64,000 nt of DNA from the IMG/VR virus record IMGVR_UViG_3300032116_000108, positions 16,133 to 80,132 of that record. The stretch is one strand, 5' to 3'. The notes below the pieces were generated by a model that did no database searches, was not told the DNA's origin, and was given only the letters and a program-made list of their open reading frames with translations. Source of the stretch: a virus. Below are positions 50,830 to 60,114 of the stretch, in pieces. The first letter of the stretch is position 1; the number at the start of each line of letters is the position of its first letter. A program made the translations under genes and the position numbers.

Positions 50830-51546
50830 ATGATATTTAGAAAGTTAAATGAAAAAATAAATTTAATAGAAAATAAGTTAGGGGTAAAATCACTAATAAA
50901 CGAATCTTTAATTAATGAAATTAAAAAAATTTCAATAGAAAAATTACCTTATCAGTTTGACGATTTAGAAGACTTCATAGATGGTGAGACAATGAAAACA
51001 CACTACACAAAACACTACAAGGCGTACGTTGAAAAGTTGAATAAAGAATTAGAAAAAATAAAAGGTAAAGATTTAGATTTAGAAGAAATTGTTTCGAGTA
51101 TTTCCAAATTCAATACAAAGGTAAGAAACAATGGTGGTGGTGCGTTTAATCACGCATTATTTTGGAAAATGTTATCACCTAAAAAAACTAAGTTAGAAAA
51201 TCCTTTATTATATAAGTTAGAGTCCACATTTGGGTCATTTGAAAAATTTAAAGAAAAGTTTGAAGAAGAAGCGAAATCCAGATTTGGATCAGGTTGGGTA
51301 TGGTTAGTACTAACAAAAACAAATAGATTAAAAATTGTCACAACACCAAATCAAGATAATCCACTAATGATGACAGGAAAAAATAAGTCATATCCATTGT
51401 TAGGTTTAGACTTATGGGAACACGCATATTATTTAAAATATAAAAACGAAAGAGACCGTTATATTCATAATTTTTGGAAAGTAGTGAATTGGGATTTTGT
51501 TACTGATTTATACACAACTCAATTAGAAAGAAATAAAGCAGAATAA
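50830..51546 (+). CDS. sodA: Fe/Mn superoxide dismutase (Mn-type signature) with N-terminal leader
   Basis: LPY, THYTKHYKAYV, GGGAFNHALFW, RFGSGWVWL, NQDNP, DLWEHAYY; all four metal ligands present. Confidence 0.92.
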   Translation: MIFRKLNEKINLIENKLGVKSLINESLINEIKKISIEKLPYQFDDLEDFIDGETMKTHYTKHYKAYVEKLNKELEKIKGKDLDLEEIVSSISKFNTKVRNNGGGAFNHALFWKMLSPKKTKLENPLLYKLESTFGSFEKFKEKFEEEAKSRFGSGWVWLVLTKTNRLKIVTTPNQDNPLMMTGKNKSYPLLGLDLWEHAYYLKYKNERDRYIHNFWKVVNWDFVTDLYTTQLERNKAE

Positions 51547-51573
51547 TAAGATATTTATATATAAAATATTCTT

Positions 51574-52692
51574 ATGTCAACATCAATTATTTCAGAACCG
51601 CATAGAAGTAAACTTTATAAAAGAATTAGAAATCTTTTAGGTGCACCTTTAAGAGGTGTTGAGTTAGAAGATGAAATGATGGACTCTCTTTTAGAGTTAT
51701 CCATTCAAGATTATTCTCAACACGTTAATGATTGGTTAATTGAGACCCAATGGTCGGCATTGTACGGGTTAAACCTTGATGAACAATCTTTAACTAAAGC
51801 ATTTACAACTAGAAGTTTAGATTGGGAAACACAATACACTTACGCATACTCAAAAATTGTTGGTTTACAGGCTGGGGGTGATTACGTACTTCAAAAAGAT
51901 TATATAGACTTAGTTCCGCATCAACAAATTTATGAGATACCGGCAGGTAGAGAGGTTAATGAATTACTTTGGTTTGCTCGTTCTGAATTGGACGCAGCAT
52001 ATTTTGATCCATTTATGGGTGGATTCGGTGGATTCGGCGGTATTGGTTTAGGTGGTGGTGCTGGATTTTCTCAGATGGGTACAACAGGAAACTATTTTAT
52101 AACCCCAGCATTTGATATTCTTTTGAGAATGGCGGACATACAATTAAAAAGAAGAATTATTACAGGTGATTTAACTTATAGAATAACCGCGTTACCCGAA
52201 GGAAAAAAGGCAATACATTTATATAATGTTCCTGGTGGTAAATTTGATTTTGGTAATATGAGAAGAAACGATTATAGAGTTTGGTATTGGTATTATGATA
52301 CATTTGATAGGGACGATTGTTTGGCAAAAAATCCTGATGTGGTTAGATTACCTTCCGATATACCTATAGATGAAACAAGGTGGGACGAATTAAATTCTCC
52401 TGCACAAACATGGGTAAGAAGATGGTTTACAGCATATTGTAAAGAAACACTTGCAAGAGTAAGAGGTAAGTTTAGTGGAAATTTAAAAACACCTGATAGT
52501 GAATTAACTCTTGAATATACAACGTTACAATCAGAAGCCAAAGATGAAAAATCAATTCTTTGGGAAGAACTCAAAACAAGACTTGAAAGGTTAAGACCTG
52601 AAAAACAATGGGAAATAAAGGGTGCTATGGCTGAAAATATGAATAAGGCTCTAAAATATAGACCATTTAATTACCCAATAAACGTAATTTAA
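51574..52692 (+). CDS. Neck / head-tail adaptor protein (T4 gp13-like)
   Basis: LLGAPLRGVELEDE, WVRRWFTAYCKETLARVRGKF. Confidence 0.8.
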   Translation: MSTSIISEPHRSKLYKRIRNLLGAPLRGVELEDEMMDSLLELSIQDYSQHVNDWLIETQWSALYGLNLDEQSLTKAFTTRSLDWETQYTYAYSKIVGLQAGGDYVLQKDYIDLVPHQQIYEIPAGREVNELLWFARSELDAAYFDPFMGGFGGFGGIGLGGGAGFSQMGTTGNYFITPAFDILLRMADIQLKRRIITGDLTYRITALPEGKKAIHLYNVPGGKFDFGNMRRNDYRVWYWYYDTFDRDDCLAKNPDVVRLPSDIPIDETRWDELNSPAQTWVRRWFTAYCKETLARVRGKFSGNLKTPDSELTLEYTTLQSEAKDEKSILWEELKTRLERLRPEKQWEIKGAMAENMNKALKYRPFNYPINVI

Positions 52693-52696
52693 TATT

Positions 52697-53029
52697 ATGG
52701 CTATTTTTAGATCAATCCCATCAAAAAGGATTATAAATGGTGTTATTATAGAAACATCCGACTCGTCTATTGTTTCTGAAAAAGAATATACAACAAGTGG
52801 TGAATATGTGATAATAACAAAAGGTGTTGAATATTGTGTAATCAATTTAAATCATAAAACATCCGATCATATTGTAATAAAACCCTTAACTCAAACATTA
52901 GTTAGGTCTGAAAAATTAATAGATGAAGAATTTAACGAAGTTGAATTAGATAAAGGGTCTTGTGTTGAATTTAAATTTGTTGGTGATTCTTGGTACATAC
53001 TTTCTTCAGACGGACTAAAAAATTCTTAG
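52697..53029 (+). CDS. Small beta-rich hypothetical protein
   Basis: 110 aa downstream of the neck gene. Confidence 0.6.
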   Translation: MAIFRSIPSKRIINGVIIETSDSSIVSEKEYTTSGEYVIITKGVEYCVINLNHKTSDHIVIKPLTQTLVRSEKLIDEEFNEVELDKGSCVEFKFVGDSWYILSSDGLKNS

Positions 53030-55926
53030 TCAAAAATTAAAGACATTAAATCACCATCCTCATCAAATTCATATATCTCTTCATCATCAACCTTACTTTT
53101 AGATACTCTAGTTTTCATTAGTTCCATATTACTATTAACATAATCAGTATTAACTAAATTAATTGTATCATCAATATACATGTAATAAGGGTTAATACCT
53201 ACAGATTGCCAAAATTCTAACTCCATATCAGATAACGTTAATACCTCATCTAAATTATCCTGATCTTTTTCTTTCATCGGGTAACCTCTACCTAACTCTG
53301 TTTGTGATTTAGTAAATATTGGTTGGTCTTTTGGATCCTCAATTAAAATGTCTTTTCTAATATCAGGACTATAAACAACAAGTAATGGTTCAATTCTTTT
53401 ATTAAAAGCTGCCAAATATCTTGGAACATTATACTCACCTAATAAGTCCGGGTTATTTTCAATTTCTTTTTCATCAATCAAATAACAATTTAAAATAACC
53501 TCACTTTTTGATAACATTTCAGGTGGTATTGCTCCATGAATTTTTGTATAATCTTCGATTTGTTTTTTAGTCATTTTTGTCGTTTTTTTCTGAACATCAC
53601 CATGTGATTTCTTTTCACCATTATTAACATAATAAATGGTGTCACCTAAACCCGGGTTTTTTCCTGCGTTCATTAAAAGTTCCATATGCGCTTGTCGGGA
53701 CATTAAACTTCCCGCCTTTGTTGTTTTTGTTATGTGAACTTTATAATCATCTATTGATTGTTTAACACGAGACTTGTTTGCAATCTTTGCCAATGGAATT
53801 TCTCTATTATAGATTTTACTTACATACTCATAATAGAAATCTAAAAACTCACCACCCTTACCATCAAGTAACATTCTAAGACCTTTATCCAAAAATTCAG
53901 CAACGTATGTTTGAAGTTTTTTAGATTTAATTGAATTACCTGTAAGTTTAACTTTACCTTTATCTGTAAGAAGTGCGTAGTTTTTACGAGCCACGTTAAT
54001 TGTTGCTGGCCATACACCATCAATATCAAGACCCATTTCGTTTCTCATAAATAAGTCATTGTATTCTGCAACGTCAGCTTCTGCACCTGTATAAACCTCA
54101 CCCTCATTTACTAACCCATTAAGACCCTTACCCACATATGTATAATTTTCTCTATCAACAGGAGTTTCAAAGTTTACACCATCGGTATCCATTACCAAAG
54201 GAACATAACCTCGTTTCATAAAATACATAATCATCTGTCTAAGGTACTGTCTACCGGTACACGTAATCTGTTCTCCCATGTCAATGTCACCCCACGGGAA
54301 TACGTGTGGTGCAGATAATGATCCAAAGAATGCGTTGATAAAGATTTTGATTGGTAACTGTTTTCTGTCGTATGAGACAGAAAGTTTCGGATCCGTTTTT
54401 TTAAATTCACTTGCCAAGTTTTTATATTTTATACGAGTATCTCTAAAGTACTTTAACATACTCTTCATCGCGCCTGTCACATCACAAGCGGGGAATACGT
54501 CATGTACTAATTGAATAGAGGGGTATAGTGATGAGTAGTCAAGTTTTAATACCTTTCTTGAATAACCAACCTGAACTAACCTAGAAAGTCCACCCGTAAA
54601 CTTTCTTTTTTCTTTTTTCTTAGGTAAAGCCAAATTGTTTTTGTATGACCATGCACACATAATCATTTTCCATAATGTTGCGGTACCCATTGTTGATAAT
54701 CTTTCATAAGTTGTTGGTACAAGTTTAGAAAGTAAAAAGTTTGCTTGGTTGAACTGTTCGTCAACAACCATAGTTTCATAAAGGTCATCGTCAAGATAGT
54801 CTTCAATAATTTTTGAACCTGAAGTTAACTTATAGACATCAGTTCTTCTTGAACAAACCTCATCTATTTTTTCATTAATACCTACTTTTTTATAGTTACC
54901 GTTTTCTTTATTCATCCAATAGTCTTCGTTATCGAAGTATATTTTACCAATCTTATCCCCTTCAACATAAACACGATTTTCTTTTTCAGCCTCAATAAAT
55001 TTGGTAATGTATTTCAATGACCAACTTTTAATATCTGAGTTGATTGCTTGTGCTCTACGAACAGCATGTGCAATATCTATAATGTTGTAACCCCACATTT
55101 GTGTTTGAACATAAGGTTCCATTTCATTGGCTAACTTTAAAATCCCATCCTTTTGTTTTAATGAATAATCAGGATTTAATGTTTTTGCAATTTTTTTAAT
55201 ATTAAGTTTTAGTATTTCTGCACGTTTTAAAATAAAAGGAAAGTCAAAGAATGCTGAGTTGTATCCACCAACAAGAGACGGCTTTAATTCGTCAATAGTT
55301 TTAAAAAATTCAATAATCATTTGACGTTCTTCTTCTTCATTTTGTGCTGATAATAATTTTATAAAACCACGATTGTCTTTCATCCCAATCAAGAATATTT
55401 TACTTGTTTTTGGATCTAAACCTGTGGTCTCAATATCGAATACAAACCTGTGAATTTCATCATATTCATCAAACCCTTTGAAAAGTCTTTTACTTTTTTG
55501 AATAAGGTATTGTTCTACTGGTGATAGTATTGTTATTACGTCTGAATTATCTCTACCCCAAGGATCGAGTCCTCCACCTTTAAAAAAGTTTACAAGGTTT
55601 GAATATGATTTTGTTGTTTTAACCAAGAACGTCAACCCATTCTTTAATCTTTCATCTCCGTGATCTTCTAATTTTTCTATTATAATGCCGTTTTCAGACA
55701 TCGCTTTCTTTTGAAAGTCTTTATTACCTTTGTAAAAGTTTTTACTTCTAAGGTCACCAACCCAAGCAAATGGAATAAATGTATCCATTCTTAAAAGTTT
55801 ACCTTTAATTGGGTCTTGAATTACTTTAAATATTTTATCTGATTTGTAATCGTATTCGAGTGCTACGATATATTTCTCATCGTCTTCGCCATGTAAAAAG
55901 CGTTCGATTTCTTCTTGTGGAACCAT
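53026..55926 (-). CDS. polB: Family B DNA polymerase
   Basis: ExoI FDIETTG, ExoII GYNSAFFD, ExoIII YLDDD, motif A LDYSSLYPS, motif B KIFINAFFG, motif C MDTDG. Confidence 0.95.
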   Translation of the reverse strand: MVPQEEIERFLHGEDDEKYIVALEYDYKSDKIFKVIQDPIKGKLLRMDTFIPFAWVGDLRSKNFYKGNKDFQKKAMSENGIIIEKLEDHGDERLKNGLTFLVKTTKSYSNLVNFFKGGGLDPWGRDNSDVITILSPVEQYLIQKSKRLFKGFDEYDEIHRFVFDIETTGLDPKTSKIFLIGMKDNRGFIKLLSAQNEEEERQMIIEFFKTIDELKPSLVGGYNSAFFDFPFILKRAEILKLNIKKIAKTLNPDYSLKQKDGILKLANEMEPYVQTQMWGYNIIDIAHAVRRAQAINSDIKSWSLKYITKFIEAEKENRVYVEGDKIGKIYFDNEDYWMNKENGNYKKVGINEKIDEVCSRRTDVYKLTSGSKIIEDYLDDDLYETMVVDEQFNQANFLLSKLVPTTYERLSTMGTATLWKMIMCAWSYKNNLALPKKKEKRKFTGGLSRLVQVGYSRKVLKLDYSSLYPSIQLVHDVFPACDVTGAMKSMLKYFRDTRIKYKNLASEFKKTDPKLSVSYDRKQLPIKIFINAFFGSLSAPHVFPWGDIDMGEQITCTGRQYLRQMIMYFMKRGYVPLVMDTDGVNFETPVDRENYTYVGKGLNGLVNEGEVYTGAEADVAEYNDLFMRNEMGLDIDGVWPATINVARKNYALLTDKGKVKLTGNSIKSKKLQTYVAEFLDKGLRMLLDGKGGEFLDFYYEYVSKIYNREIPLAKIANKSRVKQSIDDYKVHITKTTKAGSLMSRQAHMELLMNAGKNPGLGDTIYYVNNGEKKSHGDVQKKTTKMTKKQIEDYTKIHGAIPPEMLSKSEVILNCYLIDEKEIENNPDLLGEYNVPRYLAAFNKRIEPLLVVYSPDIRKDILIEDPKDQPIFTKSQTELGRGYPMKEKDQDNLDEVLTLSDMELEFWQSVGINPYYMYIDDTINLVNTDYVNSNMELMKTRVSKSKVDDEEIYEFDEDGDLMSLIFD

Positions 55927-55988
55927 AATTTTATATTTTTGAGTTTGGTGTATTATCTGTTACACATGGGCAACATTTACCTTCGTCT

Positions 55989-56020
55989 TAAATATAAGAG
56001 TAAAACCTACTCTTGTCAAA
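55989..56020 (-). promoter_or_regulatory. Promoter for DNA polymerase with palindromic spacer
   Basis: TTGACA(56019-14)-N17-TATATT(55996-91); spacer contains AAGAGTA-GGTTT-TACTCTT. Confidence 0.6.
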
Positions 56021-56369
56021 TAATATTGATATAAAGATTTTCTCTAATTGGTCCTATTAGTTCTCCGTTTGATAACTCAATTAAAAATTCTCCGATGAAT
56101 CTACCTTTTTTTGCGGTGTCTTTTCCTCTCCACTTGTAGTAAATATAATATTCTCTTGGTGAGTCGGGATTTCTTCTTTCTTTTTCTGTAATGTATGCGG
56201 GTCTCATAAATATTTTTTGAATTCCATCGTTTTCACTTTTCATAGAAAATCTAATGGTTGCGTTGTCTAAAACAGAATAAAAATCTTTCCAAGAGTCAGT
56301 TCTTCCATCTCTTACAACATCCATTTTTAAAATGGGTAAATTACTATTTTGTTTTATAAAGAATTCCAT
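56016..56369 (-). CDS. Small Ig-like (BppU N-terminal-like) virion protein
   Basis: FFIKQNSNLPIL...IYYKW...DTAKKGRFIGEF pattern. Confidence 0.55.
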   Translation of the reverse strand: MEFFIKQNSNLPILKMDVVRDGRTDSWKDFYSVLDNATIRFSMKSENDGIQKIFMRPAYITEKERRNPDSPREYYIYYKWRGKDTAKKGRFIGEFLIELSNGELIGPIRENLYINII

Positions 56370-56392
56370 TTAATATGAATAATTATTTTTTA

Positions 56393-58111
56393 TTATCCTA
56401 CCCACCTTGCTTGGAACCAAGACCTTGAGTCGTATTGTGCTCTTGATAATGATGCTCCACCAACATTTATAATGCTTATATAATCAGTTGAACCGTTTAG
56501 ATATACAATTTTTGTTATCTGTTGAGCCACCGCATCAAAAGAACCTGCTGCCGCAACGATGTCGGCATTTTTCTTAATTGCCAAACTTGCTTCAGTATTT
56601 CTATAAACATCATAAGATGCGGTAATTTCCCAATAACCCGACCTTTGTGGTGTAAATCTATAAGTTGAAGTATTAAACCAACCACTTGGTACGTTAACGG
56701 TATTATTTACAATACTATATCTACAAGGATCTTCAGTAAAAGAACCCGGTAAAGTATAAGTTTCATTAGCATATGATTCAAGTAAATAAAGAGTAGGAGA
56801 AATCCCACTAATACCCGTTAAATTAGACCCATCACCATATAATGTCCCACCACTTATTGTTGTTGCAGATATTGTTGAAGATTGGATATTTGTTTGACCT
56901 GTTAATATTCCATTTTCCCAATCAAAAGAAACCGTTGATCCGTCAGATTTTGTTAATGTTCTAATATCCCAATCTAAGGATTCGTTAGATGAGACATCAT
57001 AAAGTCTTCTTCTACCATACTGCCAATCTATTGACAATACGCCTAAATCATCGTAAGTTTGTCTACTAAACCAATCAACTGATGGTATTGAAGTAGAATC
57101 ATATAATATTGCTCCATCATAATTAATGGTAGCATTTCCAGCACCATTATATAAAAGTCTTGTTCTCCAATCTACACTGACAAGTCCCGATGAGTCCACC
57201 AATTCTCTAGTTGATGTATCAATAGCGGTTGAGGTACCCGTTGAATCGGTTATAATCGTATCTCCCGTAATAGTTAATCCTGAAGTAAAAGACGTTTGTC
57301 CTGTTACGGTACCTCCACTTAATGGTAAATAATTTCCTGTAACGTTATCAGGTAAATTAAAATATGTTGTTGCAGATATTGTATTTGCGGTTAAACCATT
57401 TGTAAAATTAGTTGCCCCTGTTACAGTCCCTCCAGTAAATGTTTGTATGTCGGATAATAAAGCAACCGTACCACTATTATCAGGAAACAATATAACTCTA
57501 TTTGATGTTAATGTATTTGTATTAATGTTATTATTATATCCAGCATATTTAAAAATAATATTATCACTTTCACTCATTATGATATTATTACCATTACTAA
57601 TATTTCCATTTACTAATACTTGTTGTAAGGTATTCCCTGTTGTAAATCCGGTCACATTAAATGTTCCACCTGTATTATTTGTAAAAATTGCAGTTCCATT
57701 TGAATATGTTCCACCGGTTACAAAAGTGTCTTGTGTTGAAATTCCTGTTAAATTAGATCCATCACCATATAAAGTACCACCACTTATTGTTGTTGCAGAT
57801 AAAACACCATTTACAGTTAATCCGCTAACTGAATCAACATAAACATTAAATGATGTGTTTGCATTATCAGTTAATGTGATTGTGTTTGTTAAGTCGTTAT
57901 ATGTTGCCGCAGTTATAAAAGTATTTGTATCACTTGCAATATTAACAGATTTTGTTCCTCCTGTTGGGTTTGTTATTGTTAAGGTATTTGCAGAATAAGT
58001 AAAACCTGAAACTCCTAACCCTTGCAAATAATAAAGGTTATTGTCCATATCTGCAAAGGTAAGTTTACTACCCTTAGCGTCTGGTCCTATTTGTCTTGTA
58101 ATTAATCCCAT
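56393..58111 (-). CDS. Tail fibre-like protein with repeats and C1q/TNF-like C-terminal domain
   Basis: KGSKLTFADMDNN N-terminus, S/T/G-rich shaft, S.DW..R.LY repeats, FNTSTYRFTPQRSGYWEI. Confidence 0.7.
   Translation of the reverse strand: MGLITRQIGPDAKGSKLTFADMDNNLYYLQGLGVSGFTYSANTLTITNPTGGTKSVNIASDTNTFITAATYNDLTNTITLTDNANTSFNVYVDSVSGLTVNGVLSATTISGGTLYGDGSNLTGISTQDTFVTGGTYSNGTAIFTNNTGGTFNVTGFTTGNTLQQVLVNGNISNGNNIIMSESDNIIFKYAGYNNNINTNTLTSNRVILFPDNSGTVALLSDIQTFTGGTVTGATNFTNGLTANTISATTYFNLPDNVTGNYLPLSGGTVTGQTSFTSGLTITGDTIITDSTGTSTAIDTSTRELVDSSGLVSVDWRTRLLYNGAGNATINYDGAILYDSTSIPSVDWFSRQTYDDLGVLSIDWQYGRRRLYDVSSNESLDWDIRTLTKSDGSTVSFDWENGILTGQTNIQSSTISATTISGGTLYGDGSNLTGISGISPTLYLLESYANETYTLPGSFTEDPCRYSIVNNTVNVPSGWFNTSTYRFTPQRSGYWEITASYDVYRNTEASLAIKKNADIVAAAGSFDAVAQQITKIVYLNGSTDYISIINVGGASLSRAQYDSRSWFQARWVG
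56817..57801. repeat. 55-bp direct repeat (56817-56871 and 57747-57801)
   Basis: Both copies encode SATTISGGTLYGDGSNL; three synonymous differences; offset 930 bp. Confidence 0.85.
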
Positions 58112-58134
58112 TTTTTATTTAATAAATATAAAGT

Positions 58135-60063
58135 TTATTCAAAATAAAACTCATCAACATAACCTTCAGGTAAATATCCATTTGTCACAAGACAATCAGG
58201 ACACCAAAAGTCAAATAAATTAAATTTATTTTTTAATACTCTAAAATTATGTTGTACTTGCGGAGAACCTAATGGTTCAACATACATTCTAAATTGTGAA
58301 ATTCCACCCATAAATGTTCCACCAAAATTTTGTTCTAATAAAATATTTGTTGAAAGTCCTGAAAGTGTTGTTGCAGATAAAATATTATTTGGAAATAATT
58401 CAGGATCTTGTGTGTAAGGCCCGTTTGGTAAAGAACAACCTGAAAAAATCAAATGGTCATGTAGACCTTGAGTTCCTCCACCAAATGAAATATTAAATGG
58501 AACCCCAACTTGTTTTTCTTTTTCGGTGTTTAACTCTCTTGGTATTATTTCTTCAAAGTCTTCTATAACTAAAAACAAATAACCATTTACGTAAAGTTTT
58601 AATGTTCCTAATCTGTAGTTTAAATCATCAAACCATTTTCTATCAAATTTTACAATATGAATTTTTCTTTCAGGTGTTGACCCCGGATGTGTTTCGGGAG
58701 GAGATATTAATTTATATGACTGACCATCTATTGATGATTGTGTGGTTACAGTTCTTAAATCATTTAACCCCCCTAAATTTTCTAAATCACACTCTTCTAT
58801 TGTTGTGTATCTTTCAAAAACCGCACTTATCATTACCCATCTTTCTTCATCCGTGTCACCACATTGTAAACCACAAATATCATAGATTGGATCTGACAAT
58901 ACTTCTGTTATTGTATACCCTGTCTGAAATGTCACCCCCGTTGTTTCACAAGTACCTGTTGTTACACAGTCACCCGTTATTTTTATATATTTAATTCCAA
59001 TTCTAGGATTTAATGCACATCCATCAAATCTTAAAGAAATGGCGTTTGATAATACGTCAAATTTTGGATCAGTTTCAGGTAAAGGGACATTTTCTGTACT
59101 TGCACAACCACAATTACAACCAGTATTGTGAACGGTAGTAAACCCGCTACTTGGATAGACTTTTATACAATCAGAGTTAGTTATACCTGTGTCTGAACAT
59201 CCGCAAGTTTCAATACATGTTAATTCATTTGTATTTCTCGTATATCCACTATCACTTGCCGGTGATCCACTAACTGTATGATAAAACTTGTTTTCAGCTC
59301 TCGTACCAAAATAAAAAAACGTTCCGGAATTAGATGGGTATTTGTCATTTAGATATTCTTGAGTTGTACTATTAATAAAATATTCATCTGTAATTCTTGG
59401 TTTTAAAACCATTTCTGCAGTCCATCCTTTATTTACCCTTTCAGGAAAAACTTCGTAGTCATATCCGTTCAGTTTATAAAATCCTTGATAAAATCCGCCA
59501 TAAAGTTCTTGATAATATCCTACTGTGTCGGCACTTTTTGATACGATATTGTAAATAGTTTCTTTAGGTCTACCTGAAAATCTAACGTTTGGTGAATTTA
59601 CTAAACTTCTTACAGGGTGCATTTTGAATCTACTATCTCTATAATGTGGATCAAATTTGTAATTATCATCAATACCTTTAATATAATATAATGTTTGTCC
59701 CGTTAACCCCGTAAATAATCCATTATCTGTACCAACTAAACCTACGTCACAAATTCCTGTGTATGCCGTATAACAACTAAAATCTAAATTTTTTGGGTTA
59801 TAATAGTTAGAAGAAACTAAAGTATTAGATGGTATGTAATTTCCAAATGTGATATTTGATTGTAAAGTATTACCTGAATTATCTAATTGTATTGATATTG
59901 GAAGTCTGTTTCCGTCATTTAAACCAATCACATCTGTTGAAAATACAACTTCCTCATCATAACTTGTTTCATCTGACGCTAAAGTTAAGTCAAAATACTG
60001 ACCATAATTTAATTTTGTCGTGTATTTTGGGTAATAATAAGAATTAATATTTTGACTTGGCAT
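58135..60063 (-). CDS. Cys-rich concanavalin A-like/LamG domain virion protein
   Basis: WTAEMVLKP, GTLKLYVNG, FMGGISQFRMYVEPL...QVQHNF. Confidence 0.7.
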   Translation of the reverse strand: MPSQNINSYYYPKYTTKLNYGQYFDLTLASDETSYDEEVVFSTDVIGLNDGNRLPISIQLDNSGNTLQSNITFGNYIPSNTLVSSNYYNPKNLDFSCYTAYTGICDVGLVGTDNGLFTGLTGQTLYYIKGIDDNYKFDPHYRDSRFKMHPVRSLVNSPNVRFSGRPKETIYNIVSKSADTVGYYQELYGGFYQGFYKLNGYDYEVFPERVNKGWTAEMVLKPRITDEYFINSTTQEYLNDKYPSNSGTFFYFGTRAENKFYHTVSGSPASDSGYTRNTNELTCIETCGCSDTGITNSDCIKVYPSSGFTTVHNTGCNCGCASTENVPLPETDPKFDVLSNAISLRFDGCALNPRIGIKYIKITGDCVTTGTCETTGVTFQTGYTITEVLSDPIYDICGLQCGDTDEERWVMISAVFERYTTIEECDLENLGGLNDLRTVTTQSSIDGQSYKLISPPETHPGSTPERKIHIVKFDRKWFDDLNYRLGTLKLYVNGYLFLVIEDFEEIIPRELNTEKEKQVGVPFNISFGGGTQGLHDHLIFSGCSLPNGPYTQDPELFPNNILSATTLSGLSTNILLEQNFGGTFMGGISQFRMYVEPLGSPQVQHNFRVLKNKFNLFDFWCPDCLVTNGYLPEGYVDEFYFE

Positions 60064-60074
60064 TCTTTTTTATG

Positions 60075-60100
60075 ATAAATAGTTTAATCGCGGTATTTAT
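60075..60100. promoter_or_regulatory. Back-to-back TATTTAT motifs serving divergent genes (representative of 18 copies)
   Basis: ATAAATA at 60075-81 (minus-strand gene) and TATTTAT at 60094-100 (plus-strand gene). Confidence 0.7.
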
Positions 60101-60114
60101 AGGTAAAAGCTTAG

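Noticed and set aside
18508-55926. Inteins or introns in nrdJ, dnaB, recA, SNF2 or polB
   Set aside because: Lengths and motif spacing are normal; no splice-junction or homing-endonuclease motifs were seen.
56817-57801. Diversity-generating retroelement TR/VR pair
   Set aside because: The three differences are synonymous and not adenine-specific, and there is no reverse transcriptase in the window.
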